From: Mobula hypostoma
Taxonomy: Eukaryota
DNA: 64,000 bases
Assembly (NCBI RefSeq): GCF_963921235.1
Contig: NC_086118.1
Coordinates: 25,608,001 to 25,672,000 of the forward strand
Direction of reading: 5' to 3'
Each line of letters begins with the position of its first letter. Positions within the stretch are counted from its first letter, which is position 1. Both the position numbers and the translations under genes were made by a program. Under the pieces are notes generated by a model. That model worked only from the letters and a program-made list of their open reading frames with translations, made no database searches and had not been told where the DNA came from. Positions 62,020 to 64,000 of this stretch are shown in pieces.

Positions 62020-64000
62020 ATAAAACGAAGCGAGCTGTAAGCGGAGCAGCCATTGTGTGAGTGGGCAATGTTAGAGTACTCAAGCGTTGGCTCGACAGGC
62101 TTCGTCAAGAACTGGCTTAAGCGAGAACAGGGGATAGGTTTCTAATAAGTTTGTTTTTCCTCTTTCTTTGTCTATTGGTACATGACCAGTGCAGTGAGAA
62201 TGGGTCAAGAGTTAGTGGTTTGTTCTTTGTGTGAGTTGTGGGAACTCTGGGAGACCTCCAGTATCCTTGATAACAATATCTGAGTAAAATGCTTTGAACA
62301 GCAGCTCCTTAGGGACCATGTTAAGGAACTAAAGCTGCAGCTCGATGAGCTTTGACTCATATGGGAGAATTAGGAGGTGATAGGTAGGATCTACAGAGAG
62401 GTAGTCACCCCCAGGTTGCAGGAGGTAGATACCAGGGTGACAGCCAGCAGAGGGAAAGGGAAGAGGCAGTCAGTGTGGAGTACCTCTGTGGCTGTTCCCC
62501 TCAATATTAAGTATACTGCGTTGGGTGGGTGGGTGGGGGGATCGAACTCCCAGGGGAAGCTGCAATGACCAGGTCTCTGCAGTGAGCCTGGTTCTGTGGC
62601 TCAGAAGGGAACAGGAGCGTAGAGGAATGCAATAGCCATAGGGGATTCCATAGTTAGAAGAATGGACAAGAATTCCTGTGATGTGAAAGGGAGACCAGAT
62701 GGTATGTTGCCTCCCAGGTGCCAGGTTCAGGGATGTCTCAGGTAAGGTCCACAGCCTTCTTTGGTGGGGGTGGTTAGCAGCCAGAAGCCATGGTACTATT
62801 GTTACCAACAACATAGTTAGGAAAAGGGAGGAGAGAGAACATAGAGAATTAGGTAGAAAGCTGAAAGGTAGGACATTCAGAGCAGTAATCCAGACATCCA
62901 TAGAGTAATCCATGCACCACTGAGGGTAAGAATAGGATTATTCGACAGATGAATGGGTGGCTGAGGAATTGGTGCAGGGGGCAGGGTTTCAGATTTCTGG
63001 TCATTGGGATGCCTTCTAGGGAAGGTATGATCTGTACAAAAAGGGCGGCTTACACCTGAATCCTAGGGGAACCACTATCATTTTGGGCAGGTTTGGTAGA
63101 GCTATTGGGGAGGATTTAAACTAGTTTAGCAGGGGAATTGGAACTGGAGTGATAGGAATGAGGATCGGGCTGTTGGTATACAAGTAGATGCAGTGTGTAG
63201 TGAGACTGTGAGGAAGGACAGGCAGATGATAGGGTAAAATTGCAGTCAATGGGATGCGCTGAAGTGTAACATGGGGGCAAAATCAAAAAGGTTGATGAAA
63301 ATAGGCTTGAAGGTGTTATATTTGAATGCATGCAGTATATGGAATAAGGTAGATGATCTTGTAGCACAATTAGAGATTGGCATGATGTTGTGGGCATCAC
63401 TGAGTTGTGGCTGAAAGAAGATCAGAGTTGAGAGCATAACATCCAAAGATGCATCTTTTCTCAAAAGGACAGTCAGGTAGGCAGAAGGGGTGGGTTTTCT
63501 CTGTTGGTAAAAAATGAAATCAAATCCTTAGAAAGAGGTGACATAGGATCAGAAGATGTATGATCATTGTGGGAAAAATTAAGAAACTGCAAGGGTAAAA
63601 AGACCCTGATGGGAGTTATATACAAGCCTGCAAACAGTAGCCAGGATATAGGATACAAATTACAAGATGAGATAGAAAAGGGTAATATTACAATAGTCAA
63701 GGGGATTTCAATATGCAGGCTGATTGGGAAAGTTAGGTTGGTGCTGCATCCCAAGAGAAGGAATTTGTGAAAGCCTACGAGATGGCTTTTTAAAGCAGCT
63801 TGTTGTTATGCCCACTGGGGGAAAGGCGATTCTGGACTGAGTATTGTATAATGAAGCAGTTTTGCTGAGTTCCTCCAGCGTGTTCTGAGTATTACTAAGG
63901 AGAAGGTGCTCGGGAAGCTGAAAGGTCTGAAGGTAGATAAGTCACCTGGACCAGATGGACTACACTCCCAGGGTTCTGAAAGAGGCAGCTAAAGAGATTG
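62020..64000 (+). mobile_element. CR1-type LINE with 5' end: ORF1 (zinc finger and SGNH esterase) and start of ORF2, decayed; runs off the window
   Basis: ORF1 start MGQELVVCSLCELWE at 62200, IGDSIVR near 62640, MVCCLPGAR; ORF2 region collinear with 7150-7880, jumping to GKLKGLKVDKSPGPDGL. Confidence 0.88.

Overview
Vertebrate genomic DNA, not prokaryotic. The repeat spectrum (CR1-type LINEs, Neptune-like Penelope elements, HE1/V-SINE-like SINEs) suggests a cartilaginous fish, probably a ray or skate; this is inference. The only host coding sequence I can support is the first coding exon of non-muscle myosin heavy chain IIB (MYH10), minus strand, CDS 3714-4058. A CpG-retaining, CCAAT/ETS/CArG-rich region at about 27.6-29.4 kb is the likely MYH10 promoter and non-coding exon 1, which implies an intron 1 of about 23.5 kb. 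The rest is dominated by transposable elements: several CR1 LINEs (one young and nearly intact at 37.3-40.6 kb), Penelope-like elements, two decayed Ty3/Gypsy elements, a 1.8-kb solo LTR full of tandem repeats, Tc1/mariner derivatives and SINEs. The most notable features are (i) a family of decayed minimal hammerhead ribozyme motifs in the Penelope terminal repeats, including fold-back mini-elements, (ii) a CR1 3' end that landed in, and replaced, a hammerhead catalytic core, and (iii) nested insertions up to four layers deep, several resolvable by target-site duplications. I found no convincing, wholly new biological system, and no rRNA, tRNA or CRISPR.
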